Below are positions 40,165 through 53,650 of a stretch of 64,000 nucleotides of DNA, one piece after another (position 1 is the stretch's first letter; the number at the start of each line of letters is the position of its first letter). The notes under the pieces are model-generated. The model was not told the origin of the DNA. It did no database searches and worked only from the letters and a program-made list of their open reading frames with translations. Source of the stretch: Mobula hypostoma (lineage: Eukaryota); assembly GCF_963921235.1 (NCBI RefSeq), contig NC_086097.1, forward strand, positions 25,546,001 to 25,610,000, read 5' to 3'. The position numbers and the translations under genes were made by a program.

Positions 40165-40870
40165 ATAAAAACAGGAAATAGCGGAAATACTCTACATATA
40201 CTGCCTGATCTGCTGGAGGAGTAACAGTATCTGAAACTTTCCACCAATGCTGCCTGGTCTGCAGATATTTCTAGTGTTTTCTGTTTTTGTTTTAGATTCC
40301 CAGCATCTGCGGTTTTTGATTTCTCCACATCAGTGAGACCTGACATAGATTGACAGGAATTCCCAGTGGCCAGCCATTCTAATACTACTGCCCATTCCCA
40401 TATGTTGGCACATGGCCTCCTCTCCTACTATAATTAGGCCACGCTGAGGATGGAGGAACTACATCTCATATTCCGTCTAGGTATTCTCCAAGCTGACAAT
40501 ACGAGCATCGATTTTTCTAATGTTCGATAATTTCTCCCTCATCCCCCAGCTCTCTTTTGCCATTCCCCACTCTGGTTCCCCTCTTACTTCTTTCTCTTCT
40601 CCTTGCCTGCTCATCGTCCTCTGGTGTCCCTCCATTTTCCATTTCTTCCATGATCCACTCTCCTCTCTAAACAGATTCCTTCTTCTTCAGCCCTTTTCCG
40701 ATCACCTCACAACTTCATACCTCAACCCCACTCCCCCACACATCCACCTTTCTCTCCAGTCCTAATGAAGGCTCAAATCCTGGAACGTCAAATGTGTAGA
40801 AGCTCCATAAATGATGCCTAATCTGCTCAGTTCCTCCAGCACTTTGTGTATGTTCCTGCAGTTTTTGCAT
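40165..40870 (+). mobile_element. Decayed Penelope-like pieces (small foldback at 40165-40325, GIY-YIG C-terminus and 3' repeat)
   Basis: PVASH...LRMEELHLIFRLG-like coding remnant and a degenerate hammerhead at about 40757-40794. Confidence 0.7.
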
Positions 40871-41496
40871 TTTCATTTGCTACTAAAATTTAGGACATGG
40901 GCATCAGAATTGGTAAATGTGATGAGAGTAAAATTCCACACCTTCATTAACTTGGAAAACAAAACAAACATCATCTCCCCACAATGACTCCCTGGGGATT
41001 AAGTGAGAAGCTGAGAGGTAATGTGTAGCTACAGTTATGGGAATATAATTTTTCTCCCTGAAGTGGTGGAATCAAGCAGAGGTTAAGATCCTGGCTGCAG
41101 TAAGCCTAACAAATAAAGGATGCATAATTCAGCTCACACTCTCAATACTGAGGGAGTACTCTGCTGTCAAAAGTGCCACTATACAATTAAAGATGTTAAG
41201 CAGAGATCTTGCCTGTCTCTCTAATAGGCAAAGAACCAAGGTTTAAGCTGGAATTAAGCACTACAGAACTGCAGGCATTTCTGAATCAAAATCTTTTTTT
41301 AAGCAACTGAGGACCAAGATTGATGAGGATGCTCCAAGAGCTGCTGCAAATTATTATGAGCGGAATGGTGGTGTAGTACAACACTGTTAGAGCGCCAACA
41401 ACTCAGGTTCAATTCCTGCCACTGACTGTAAGGAGTTTGCATCATGACCATGTGGGTTTCCTTTGCGTGCACTGGCTTCCTCCCACATTCCAAAGA

Positions 41497-43160
41497 TCAT
41501 AAGGCATAGGAGCAGAATTAGGCCATTTGGCCCATCAAGTCTGCTCCACCATTCAATCATGGCTGATCCTTTTTTTTTCTCCTCAACCCCATTTCCCAGT
41601 CTTCTCCCCGTAACCTTTGATGCCATGTCCAATCAAGAACCTAAGAATCTTTGCCTTAAGTACATCCAATGACCTGACCTCCACAGCTGCATGTGGCAGC
41701 AAATTCCACAAATTCACCATCCTTTGGCTAAAGAAATTCCTCCACATCTCAGTTTTGAAAGGGCGCCTCTGTATCCTGAGGCTGTACTCTCTTGTCCTAG
41801 ACTCTCCCACTATGAGAAACATCCTTTCCACATCTACTCTGTCACGGCCTTTCAACATTTAAAGGTTTCAATGAGATCCCCTCTCATCCTTCTGAATTCC
41901 AGCAAGTACAGACCCAGAGCCATCAAACATTCCTCATATGATAACCCTTTTATTCCTGGAATCATCCTTGTGAACCTCCTCTGGACCCTCTCCACTGCCA
42001 GCACATCTTTTCTAAGATGAGGGGCCAAAACCGTTCACAATACTCAAAGTGAGGCCTCACCAGTGCCTTATAATGCCTCAGCATCATATCCTTGCTCTTG
42101 TATTCCAGACCTCTTGAAATGAATTCTAACATGGCATTTGCCTTCCTCACCACTGACTCAACCTGCAAGATAATCTTCAGGGTGTTCTGCATAAGAACTC
42201 CCAAGTCCCTCTGCATCCCAAATTCCTGGATTTTCTCCCTGTTTAGAAAATAGTCTGCACATTTATTTCTACTACCAAAGTGCATGACCATGCATTTTCC
42301 AACATTGTATTTCATTTGCCACTTTCTTGCCCATTCTCCTAATCTAAGTCCTTCTGCATCCCACCTGTTTCCTCATCACTACCTGGCCCTCCACCAATCT
42401 TTATATCATCTGCAAACTTGGCAACAAAGCCATCTATTCCATTATCTAGATCACTTATATACAGCATAAAAAGAAGTGGTCCCAACACCGACCCCTGCTG
42501 AACACCAATAGTCACTGACAGTCAACCAGAAAAGGATCCTTTTATTCCCACTTGCTGCCTCCTACCAATCAGCCAATGCTCTAACCATGTTAGTAACTTT
42601 CATGTAAAATCATGGGCTCTTAACCTGGTAAACAGCCTCATATGTGGCACCTTGTCAAATGCCTTCTGAAAGTCCAAATATACAACATCCACTACATCCC
42701 CTTTATCTATCCTACTTGTACTCTCCTCAAAGTATTCCAACTAGTTCATCCAGCAGGATTTTCCCTGAAGGAAACCATGCTGACTTTGTACTATCTTGTC
42801 CTATGTCACCAAGTACTCCATCACCTCACCCTTAACAATTGACTCTAACATTTTCCCAACCACTGACATCAGGCTAACTGGTCTATAATTTCTTTTCTGC
42901 TGCCTTCCTCCTTTCTTAAAGAGTGGAGTGACATTTGCAATGTTCCAGTCCTCCGGCATCATGCCAGAATCCAACGATTTTTTTTTTGAAAGATCATCTC
43001 TAATGCCACCACAATCTCTAATGCCACCACAATCTCTAATGCTACCTCTTTCAGAACCCTAGGGTACAGTTAATCTGGTCTGGGTGACTTATGTACCTTT
43101 AGGTCTTTCAGCTTTTTGAGCACCTTCTCTCTTGCAACAGTAACTGCACCCGCTTCTCTT
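41497..43160 (-). mobile_element. CR1 RT and 3' fragment
   Basis: MKYNVGKCMVMHFG...ALVRPHFEYC and RNFFSQRMVNLWN. Confidence 0.88.
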
Positions 43161-44119
43161 CCGAACAAGGACGTTCGGGTTAGTAGGTTAATTGGTCACA
43201 TGGGTGACACTGGGCGGTGCAGGCTCATTGGGCTGGAAGGGCATGCTACTGTACTGCATCTCAAAATACAAAATAAATAAATAATAAACTCAATTGGCCA
43301 AACGGCCTCTTTCTATATCACCAGGAAATGTGCTTTTTGCTGAGTTTTTAGCAGTGGAAGAAATTAAAACAAAATATTGAGATTCTGATTGTACATCAAC
43401 ATATACAATGAAATGCTTTGTGTTAACAAACAGCATATCTAAGGATGTGCAGGAGGTAGCCCACATGTGTTGCACACATTCCCATGCCAACAAAGCATGC
43501 CCATCATGTTCAACAGAACAACAACAACAAACAAGAGAACTACAGAAAGTAACCCCTTTCTCATCCCCACTACAATCCCATCCACACAGCAGAAAGGCTG
43601 CCAATGCCAGAATTGACTTCAAGTCCTTGTCCGCAGATTCTCAGTCTGACAAACACTGGACCTCTGGACTTTGCCAGGTTTGACCTTCAGACCTCTACTC
43701 CCGGACTCATGCAGACCTCGTTTGACCTTCGGACCTTGACTTCCAGACTCACAGACACCTGCAACCCCGGTGACCTGAAGAGGGTGTGATCACCGGTCCT
43801 CATAACTCCCACCTGTACCCGGGACCTGTCACATGTACTGACTTCCAACCTGGAACACGGGGATCATTGCCTGTGACACGACTTCCAGAATCACTGGTGT
43901 TCAACCACTCAAACTCCTGCCCAGATACTTAATTTATTATCCCTTGACCTCTAACTCACACTCATCCCTGTCCCTAAACCCTAACCCAACCCCTAACTCC
44001 AACATCTGGTTTCCCTCTCCTTAAGTCCACAATCAGTGCCTTGGTCTTATTGACATCAAATGAGAGGTTGTTATTATAACAGCACTCAGCCAAATTGTCA
44101 TTCTCTCTCCTGTATGCTA

Positions 44120-45555
44120 TTAGTGTTCTCTTGCTTTTTTATACTCCATAACTACCTTATTTGTTCCTAGCAGCTATACATTATAGCAACTCCCTTTTTT
44201 TCTTAACCAGGACTTCAATCTCTTGAAAACCAAGATTCCCTTAACCCGTTATCCCAACTTTTTTTTCTGACAGGCATATACAAGCTCTGTACTTTCAAAA
44301 TTTCACTTTTGAATGCCTCCCACTTACGAAATACACCTTTACCAGAAAACCACATGTCCTAATCCACACTTGCCAGATCCTTTTTGATACCATCAAAATT
44401 GGCCTTTCTCCAATTTAGAATCTCAATTTGTGAACCAGGCCTATCTTTTTCCATATTTACTTTGAAAGTAATGGCAGCATGATTACTCGAAGCAAAGTGT
44501 TCCCCTAAACAAACATCTGTCACCTGCCTTGTCTCAGGAAATCAAATATTGCACACTCTCTCAATGGAACTTCTACGTACCAATTAAGGAAACTTTCCTG
44601 AACACATTTGACAATCTATCCCTTTTTATAATCTTACAGTATGGGAATCCCAGTCAAATGAGGAAAATTAAAATCACCTACCTTAACAAACTTATGATTC
44701 TTGCAACAATCTGTGATCTCTCTAAAAAATGTGTTCCTCTGAATCCCGCAGACTGTTGGGTGGTCTATAATATAGCCCCATTAACGTGGTCATACTGTAC
44801 CTTATTCCTCAGTTCCACCCATAAAGCCTCACTAGATGAGTTCTCCAGTCTATCCTGACTGAGTACTGCCATGACATTTTCCCTGACTAGTAACACCACC
44901 CCTTTAATCCATCCCACCCTGTTACATCTAAAACAGTGAATTCCGGAATACTGAGCAGCCAGCCCAGCCCTTCCTGCAACCAAGGCTCACTAATAGCTAC
45001 CATATTGTGATTCCATGCATTGATCCATGCCCTGAGCTCATCTGCCTTCCTAAATACCTCTTGCATTGAAATATACGCAACTCAGGACATTAGTCGCACC
45101 ATGCTCAATCTGTTGATTCCTTACTTTGTCTGAGGTCTTAATAAATCTGTCACCACAAACTCTCCACCATCTACTCTGGCACTCTAGTTCCCATCACCCT
45201 GCAACTCTAGTTTAAACCCGATCGAGCCAATAGCCAGAGACTTACTCCCGGGGCAGAAATGGCTAACACAAGGGGCATCATTTTAAGGTGATTGAACAGA
45301 AGTATAAGGGGAATGACAGAGGTAGTTTTTTTGGCTTTTTTTTTTACACAGAGAATGGTAGGTGCATGGAATGTGCTGCCAGGAATAGTAGTAGGTACAT
45401 TAAGGGTATTTGAGAAACTCTTGGAAAGGCACATGGTTGATAGAAAACATAGGGCCATTTGGGAGTGAAGGGATAGATGGATCTTAGAGTAGGTTATAGG
45501 ACCGACACAACATTGTGGGCCAAAGGACTTGTACTGAGCTGTGCAGTTCTATGTT
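44120..45555. mobile_element. CR1 endonuclease-region fragment (minus, 44120-45215) and CR1 3' fragment (plus, 45240-45555)
   Basis: SSEALWVELRNK, similar to 2900-3960. The plus-strand 3' tail ends about 10 bp from the exon donor. Confidence 0.8.
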
Positions 45556-45566
45556 GCATAACTCAC

Positions 45567-45693
45567 CTGCTTGAGTCAGTCTGTCATCCTCATCTTTTTC
45601 ACGATAACCTTTCTGCTGTGATTGCAAGAGGCTGTGCTGCAAAGTTACTCGTTCCTGTTCAGTCTTCAACAGTTGATCGCGCAAATCATCTAT
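45567..45693 (-). CDS. CEP128: Internal coding exon (127 bp, phase 0 to 1) of a centrosomal coiled-coil protein, CEP128-like: IDDLRDQLLKTEQERVTLQHSLLQSQQKGYREKDEDDRLTQA
   Basis: Minus-strand acceptor tttag|ATA at 45694/45693 and donor GCAG|gtgagt at 45567/45566. The peptide is heptad-like and non-TE, and resembles the vertebrate CEP128 segment as I recall it (LRTQLTKAEGDRKGLQHQVSQ...). Its phase matches the next exon. Confidence 0.8.
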
Positions 45694-46950
45694 CTAAATT
45701 CACAGATAAGACTCAGTGGATCAGTAGAGCATTACCGTTTTTGCATTTCACATCTTTTCAACATGCAAGTCTTTTCCGTGTTAAATAGTAAACGTGCCCA
45801 GAATTAAATAGAAAATTGCCAGAAAACTTTCATATCTTGAATAATAAACAACAGCAAAATAAAAAAAAAATTATCTGGCAGTCTTTCAGAAACAATTACG
45901 AATATACTTGTCAGTACAAGAGAAAATATCAGACACCAAATCAAGATTCAAACAAAGGCACCAAGCACTGAAACAACTTTCTTGCAGCAGGCACAATTAG
46001 AAAATACTGGAAAATTTTAGCAAGCCAGGCAGCACCTGTGGAGAGAGAAACATTAATTTAGATTAATTTCCAGCATCCGCATTTTCTCTTTACAATGGTG
46101 GAGATAACTGTATCCTAAAATAGAAGGAAACATTGCAGTGATTCGATCGCTGAAACATACGGAAACGTAAAGGTGGTTTTAGATTAAAGCATTCATTTAG
46201 ATACCCTCTTCTTATTACGACCATCAGGGAGGAGGTACAGGAGCCTGAAGGCACACACTCAATGATTTGAGAATAGCTTCTTTCCCTCTGCCATCAGATT
46301 TCTGAATGGACACTACATCACTACGTTTTTGTTTCTCTTTTTGCACTATTTATTTCATTTAACTTACTGTAATTACAGTTTATTTATGTATTGCAATGTA
46401 CTTCTGCCGCAGAACAACAAATTTCACAACATATGCCAGTGAAATTAAACCTGATTCTGATTATGATTAGATTAACTGAATAAAACAGCCACATTAAAAA
46501 AAACTGCTGGAGGAACTTAGCGGGTCAGGCAGTAGCCGTGGATGGAAATGGGCAAAGTTTTGACCTGAAGTCTGAGATTCTGACAGTATGATAAATCAAG
46601 GAAGAGGAAAATTACTATGACACTTTTTCAGGAAGTAGTCATAACATTAAAATAAATGCTGCTGGAATCATTAGTCAAAAGGGAGAGGAAGAAACAAGAT
46701 GAATTGTTGGGGAAACTCAGTGGGTCAGACAGCACCTGGAGAGGGGAATAGGCATCTGACATTTGAGTCAAGACTCTTCATTTGGACTGGAAATCTGAAG
46801 TAAACAGAAAATACAGAAACACAAATGAGGTCCAAGTAAGTTTATTTTCAAAGTACAATTTATATATGTTACCATATACAACCTTGAAATTCATTTTCTT
46901 GCAGGCATTTATAGGAAAATAAAGAAATACAATAAAATTTATGAAACAAG

Positions 46951-47776
46951 TGGGAGGAGCTAAAGATGGCACCAGAGGTTTTAGTGGACCTGGGCAACTC
47001 CTTCGAGTTCATCCTCGAAACAGTTTAAATCTTCTGGTCTCATATCTTTTTCTCCCTTTTCAAGGTGGCTGGGGTCCTGTCAGAGTCCATGATCTACAGC
47101 TGCGCTCAAACTACATTCTTCAGAACTCATCAAGTGGCCTGCCTTTCAGGATCTCCAGGAGCGGCTTGGAAGACATGCAACTTTGGGGTGTGGCCCTGTG
47201 TGGTCCTGTGGACAACCCAATTCCCTGCCGATGTCACCAACTGAAGCGTCGCAGGAAATCGAAACATCAAAACGGTGGCTGTGACTGTTGGAGGCCTCTG
47301 CACTTGAGTGATCTCTCTCTCCCGTCTCCCTCTCTGCCTCTTTCACTCTCTCTCTTTCCATGGTGTAGAGCGAGTCTGCTGGTTGTAGAGTCAAAATAAG
47401 CAACGCTGCAGACTGTAACATCAAAACAGTGAGCTGTTAGCCTTCTCTCTCACTGTGGCAGGAGCAATATTTCTCTCTTCCTCATTAATGAGAGAGAGGG
47501 CTTGTTGAGATGTCGAAGTGTTGGGATGGAAGTAGTTTTTAATGGTCTATAGATCATGGTCTCCTGGGGCTTGCTATTGTTTGCTGGGTAGTGCGGGGGA
47601 CTGATGCTTTTTGCTGGAACAAGTGGAGGGAGGGGGTGGGGGTTTTGGGGTTCTAACATTTCTCTGTTATTCATTGTTGGTTTTTCTCTCTCTCTGTTTT
47701 GTGGATTTCTGCCAAAAGTAAGTATTTCAGGTTGTGTACTGTCTACATTTTCCGACATAAAATTGAACCATTGAAC
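46951..47776 (+). mobile_element. Non-coding LINE-tail-bearing element (AAGATGGC 5' motif, ttgaac tail)
   Basis: Interrupts a minus-strand Rex1-type 3' fragment (46830-48075). No ORF with recognisable motifs. Confidence 0.5.
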
Positions 47777-48869
47777 AACATACATTTACAAAGACTTGAC
47801 AAACTACCAATGTGCAAAAGACAAACTGTACAAATAACTAATACTGAGAACATGCATTATAGAATCCTGGAAAGTGAGTGCAGATTGTGGAATCAGTTCA
47901 GAGTTGAGGTGAGTGAATGAAGTTATCCACGCTGGTTCGGGAATCTGATGGTGGAGGGTCATAATTGTTTCTGAGTTTGGTGGTGGGACCCAAGGCTCCT
48001 GTACCTCCTTCCCGATGATAGTATTGAGAAGAGGGCACCGTCTGGATGGTAGGAGCCCCTGATGATGGATACGGTTTTCTTTTACTTTTTCTTCCTTCAT
48101 ATTATTTTGATCAGATAGTGCAAAGTTTCTCAAAGCACTTCACCAGTGTTATTGAACAAAAGCTGCCATCGAGCTAATTGGGCAGAAATTAGTATAGTTT
48201 AGTCAAAGAGTAATGTTTTAAGAAATGTCTTAAAGCAAGTAAAGTTCAGGGAGATAACTTTAGGCCTTAAGAAACATAGGGCTGATATTTGGGAAAATTA
48301 TGGGATGAGAAAATGTAGATCAGGGGAACACATTAGTGTAGAGATTAGTATAACACAATTACAGTACCAGTGACTGGGGCTCAGTTTGAACACTGCCTAT
48401 AAGGAGCTTGTACGTTCTCCCCCACGACTATGTGGGTTCCCTCCAGGTTTTCCATCTTCCTCCCACATTTCAAAGATGTACAGGCTAGTCGATGAATTGA
48501 TCACCTGGGTGTTAATGGGTGGCACAAGCTAGCTGGGCTGAAGGAACCTGTTACCATACCATATCTATTAAAATTAATCATGCATGAGGTAGAGGTCAGA
48601 TTTGCTGATTGCAATTTCCAAGAAGCTGAAGCGCTGTTAGTAACTACAGAGCCACAAAAAAGCTAAGAGATGGAGGGCCATGAAAACAAAGGCGTAAATT
48701 TGGACTTTGAGTTTAGGGTCTGGAGTACATCAGTGAGTACAAGCCAAAAAGTGAATTAAGCATGGTTTGAGTGACTTTTTGAATAACCCCTTGCTGCAAT
48801 GGTAAACTGACTTTTCAGCTTCAGTGAAGGAGGTGGTGTGGTGGCAGCTTCAAGTGGAACAAGTGCTAC

Positions 48870-49600
48870 AACTCCTCCTTTACTACCATTCAGGGACCCA
48901 ACAGTCCTTCCAGGTGAAGCGACACTTCACCTGTGAGTCTCTTGGGGTCATCTACTGTATCTGGTGCTCACGGTGTGGCCTTTTGTCTATTGGTGACACC
49001 CAACATAGATTGGGAGACTGCATCGCCAAGCACCTACACTCCGTCCACCAGAAAAAGCAGGATTTCCCAGTGGCCACTCATTTAAATTCCATTTCCCATT
49101 CTGACATATCAATCCTTGGCCTCCTCTATTGTCACAATGAGGCCACACTCAGGTGGGAGAAGCAGCACCTTATATTCTGTTTGGGTAGCCTCCAACCTGA
49201 TGACATGAACATTGATACTCTAACTTCCAGTACTACCCCCACCCCACCCCCTTCACCATCCCCATCCCCTTTTCCCTCTCTCACCTTGCCTGCCCATCAC
49301 CCCTCTCTCTGGTGCTCTTCCCCCTTTTCTTTCTTCCATGGCCTTCTGTCCTCTCCTGTCAGATGCCCCCTTCTCCAGCTCTGTACTTCTTTCACAAATC
49401 AAAACTTCCCAGTTCTTCATTTCACCCCTCCCGGTTTCACCTTTCACCTTATGTTTTTCCCTCCTCTTCCCCCACATTCTAACTCTGACTCATCTTTTTT
49501 TCACCAGTCCTGATAAAGGGTCTCGGCCCAAAATGTCAACTGTACTTTTTTCCATAGATGCTGCCTGGTCTGCTGAGTTCCTCGAGCATTTTGTGTGACT
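48870..49600 (+). mobile_element. Penelope-like element 3' part with GIY-YIG domain and degenerate hammerhead (49505-49542)
   Basis: GVIYCIWCSRCGLLSIGDT...HLIFCLGSLQPDDMNID, and cagtcctgataaagggtctcggcccaaaatgtcaactg. Confidence 0.85.
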
Positions 49601-50149
49601 CTTGAAACTAACCTGCCTATTTCAGATACTGGGGTACCTGAGAGACTAAATCACACTCTAGGTTCACCAATGCCACAAGGAGCTGACTTTATCACAGACT
49701 ATGCCAAATATGAGCTTTAAATTTAAAAACTGTGGACAATACTGTGCTTGGAAAATCTTATTTGTTTCTTCTTTTCCTCAACTTCAGACCGTGTAACAAA
49801 TTGTAATTATTGGCAGAATGTACCAGAGAACTAGTAGATGAATATGTATAACATGTTCAGTTCTAACTTCTCCTCATTCTGTGTCTAATGGTGCAGAACA
49901 TTCACTCTGTTTCTCCTCTACAGGAGCTGCCTTATGTGGAGTGTATCCAGAATTTTCTGCTGTTATTTCAATTCTCCACATTCTGGAGTTTTTTTCTTTG
50001 CTTTTCAAACAATTTCTCCACAATGATCTAAAAATTGGACTTTCATAGCAAAGTCAAAGTAAATTTATTATCTAAGTATGTATATGTCACCATATATACT
50101 ACCTTATATTCAATTTTTTCCAGGCATTTACAGGAAAACAAAATATAAA

Positions 50150-51045
50150 ATAAGTTCAAAGATTCAAAGTGCATTTATTATCAAAGTATATATGCAGTAT
50201 ACAACCCTGAGATTCGTCTTCCCACAGACAGTCATTAAACAAAGAAACCTTGGAACCTGTTCAAATCATAGTCATAGTCATACTTTATTGATTATTAAAG
50301 AAAAGCATCAACTCCATTCCTCCATGCACAGATAAAACAATCGCACAAACAGCAACAAAAAAAAACGAGCAATAAACACAAAATATAAAACACAAGATTG
50401 AAAGAGCCCAGGCATATTCAGCTCAGCTGAGCGTTTGTTATCCGAAGGCCACACCGATTCAAAATCACCCAAAATAGCAACAAAAAAAGAAGCAGCCAGA
50501 AACCAGGAACACATCAGAAAGTGAACTACAGAGTCCAATCCACAAAGCCCATTAATTAAACCATGCCCAAGACTCAAATTCTCCAACAGCATCGAGGGAG
50601 AGAGAGAGACCATCAGAATTGAAACCTTCCTCCAGAAGCAACAAGTGAGAGGGAGAGAGAGATCGTCACACGCAGACACCTCCTTCCAGCAGTAGCGAGC
50701 AACACACTGGTAGACAGTGATGAGTATGCTGTCTCCTTCTGAATTGATTTCAATCTTCCACAACATTTTAATCAGCAAGAAATGGAGTTGATCTTAAGCT
50801 CGCACCCCATCTCCAGGCTCTTGGCCCTGAGGTTGCACACCTCACAGAACACCCACTGAGACAGCAAAGTGCCAAATCACTTAATCAGCCCAAAAACATA
50901 CCACCAAGATGTAGATCATAGGCTCCACAAGTAGCAGAACGCATTTGAAAGAAAATGATGTAAAAGAAATGAAAGAAATAGTTTCGTGAATCATCTGAAG
51001 GATTTTGCCCTGGTCGTGCTGTTTGCTGACGCCATCTTCTTCCGG
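50150..51045 (-). mobile_element. Non-coding element with an AAGATGGCG 5' end and a Rex1-type 3' tail, nested in a Rex1 3' fragment (50050-51450)
   Basis: cgccatctt at 51030-51038 and tail aagttcaaagattcaaagtgcatttattatcaaag at about 50152. Confidence 0.55.
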
Positions 51046-52024
51046 ATCCAGATTTATGACAAATTATACATAAAGATTGACAAGCAACTAACGTGTAAAC
51101 AAAGACAAATATGCAAATTAAAATTAATAAATAATAATGAGAACATGAGATTCACAGTTCTTGAAAGTGTGTCTCTTGGTTGTGCAATCAGTTCAGTGTT
51201 GAGGTGAGTGAAGTTATCCACGCTGGTTCAGGAGCCTGATCATTGTTGGGTAAATAACTGTTCCTGAATCTAGTGGTGTGTGACCCAAGGCTCCTTTACC
51301 TCCTGCCCAATGGTAGTAGTGAGAAGAGAGCATGGCCTAGATGGTGGGGGTCCTTGATAATGCTTCTGCTCTCCAGTGGCTCCTTATAGATTCACTCAAT
51401 ATCGGGGAGGACTTTTCCTGCAAGGACTGGGCTGTACACACCACTTTCTGGAAAGGGGTGTGGAGGTGAGTGCGAGTTTTGCCAGTAATACCTTGATCAA
51501 GAAAATGAATATCTAAAAATAGTTAACTGGGAGAAAAAATCACCTATCAAAGATCCACTCTCATCTCTTCCCTCTAAAGTGCAAGGCAACTGAGATGTAT
51601 GTCAAAATCAGCTTTGATAGTTGCCATTCCCAATCCCAGTCAGCAGGTGGCCAAACCTTTGCAGCAGTATATTTGTACAGCAAGCTTATACTAAACATCA
51701 TTCAACAGCTAGAATCAGTATGTCTCAGCTCACGGATCTGTAGCACAGCCAGGCATACACAAAATCCAGAAATAAAAAGGAAAATGGTACAAGCCCTCAC
51801 TGATGGATACGGCATTCATCATCGAGGACATGCTCTCTTCTCATTACGACCATCAGGAAGGAGGTACAGGAGGATGAAACACACACACAACATTTTAGGA
51901 ACAGCTTCTTTCCTTCCTCCAGCAGATTTCTGAATAGTCCATAAACCATTGAACACTACCTCACTATTCTGCTCTCTTTTTGCACTACTTTTTTTATTTC
52001 TTATTATAACTTGTAATTTTAGAC

Positions 52025-52870
52025 AAAGAACATGGAACAGTACAGCACAGGAACAGACCCTTTGGCCCACAATGTTGTGCCAAACCAAATAAAATAGTAA
52101 TCAAATGGCCAACTAAACTAATCCCATCTACCAACATAATGTCCATATCCTTCCATTTTCCTCACATTCATGTGCCTATCTAAACATTTCTTAAAAGTCC
52201 CTAATGTATCTGCCTCTAAGACCATCCCCAGCAGCGCATCCCAGGCACCCACCACTCCATGTAAAAATCTTGCCCCCCACATTTCCTTTGAATTTACCCC
52301 CTCTCACCTTAAATGCATGTCCTTTGGTATTAGACATTTCAACCCTGGAGGAAAAAAAAAAGTGTCTCCACTCTACCTATGCCTCTTATAATCTCATATA
52401 CATCTATCAGATCTCCCTCAGCCTCTGCCACTCCAAAGAAAATACACCAAGTTTATCCAACCTCTCATGATAGTACATGCCCTCTAATTCAGACAACATC
52501 CTGGTAAACCTCTTTTGCACCCTCTCCAAAGTCTTAACATCCTTCCTATAAGGGGGTGACCAGAACTGTAACTACTACTCTAGATGTCACCAAATACCTG
52601 GGGGTGCATCTGGATGACAGACTTGAGTGGAGCGCCAAAACAGAGGCTATGTACAAGGGCCTGAGTTGCCTCTACTTCCTGAGGAGACTAAGGTCCTTTG
52701 GAGGGTGCAGGCCTCTCCTTCACAAGTTCTACCAGTCTGTTGTCACCATTACATTCTGGGTGAGCCGCCCATGAGGGTCTGTTTTATGTATTACACTGTA
52801 CTGTTGCCTCAAAACAACAAATTTCATGACATTGTCAATGACGATAAATGTAAATTTTATTCTGATTTTG
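52025..52870. mobile_element. CR1 3' fragment (minus, 52025-52570) and Rex1-type fragment (plus, 52590-52870)
   Basis: CR1 3' UTR, and KYLGVHLDDRLEWS...LYFLRRLRSF. Confidence 0.75.
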
Positions 52871-52973
52871 AAACACTAAGAATGCTACCGCAGAGAACGC
52901 TTTAAGATCCCAGATGACTTCTCCAGCAACGCAGTGGAACCATTGTAATAAGAACAGACAACTCATATGTTGA

Positions 52974-53189
52974 CACATCAAAGTTGTTGGTGAACGCAGC
53001 AGGCCAGGCAGCATCTCTAGGAAGAGGTACAGTCGATGTTTCAGGCCAAGACCCTTCGTCAGAACTCAGCCCGAAACGTCGACTGTACCTCTTCCTAGAG
53101 ATGCTGCCTGGCCTGTTGCGTTCACCAGCAACTTTGATGTGTGTGGCTTGAATTTCCAGTATCTTCAGAATTCCTGTTGGTTGTGTGTG
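52974..53189. mobile_element. Miniature foldback Penelope-like insertion with a hammerhead motif (53030-53066, minus)
   Basis: Inverted arms about 52974-53046 and 53068-53144. TSD aactcatatgttga (52960-52973) and aactcatacgttga (53190-53203). Confidence 0.88.
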
Positions 53190-53606
53190 AACTCATACGT
53201 TGATCCTGATTTTTAATGGGTACACAATATACCTTGAAAAATATTACTAATTCTAGACAAGTAAAACAAGGGTCATGAGTTCAATGTCACCATGACTATG
53301 GGATGAACTTTAACTAATCAAGTAATTTTGAATATGGTAACAAATGTTACTGATTCAATGGAGCAATCATTCTGTCAGCAACATCAGACACCAGAGTTCA
53401 TTTGTGCACGGCTGTTAGCAACTAAACAATGCTGTTTGAAGCTCAATGTTTGTCTGCTCTGAAAACTTTATTTTAAAATTGATGCTAAAAGATCAAATTA
53501 GACTACAGGCAAATGGGACCTCAATTTAGCTTTTCACCTGAAAGGTGTCCTCTCCTACACACTTGTATTATATAGAGTTGTCACCATAGACAGCATGTTA
53601 AGAAAA

Positions 53607-53650
53607 GGGGAGGAGGGGAAGGAGGGGAAGGAGGGGAAGGAGGGGAGGAG
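53607..53650 (+). repeat. (GGAGGGGAA)n purine tandem repeat
   Basis: About four 9-bp units are directly visible. Confidence 0.85.

Noticed and set aside
42995..43045. 18-bp tandem repeat atctctaatgccaccaca (CRISPR-like?)
   Set aside because: It is a local slippage duplication inside a CR1, with no spacers, in a eukaryotic context.
43970..44000. Telomere-like ccctaa units
   Set aside because: There are only about three imperfect units, too short to call an interstitial telomere.
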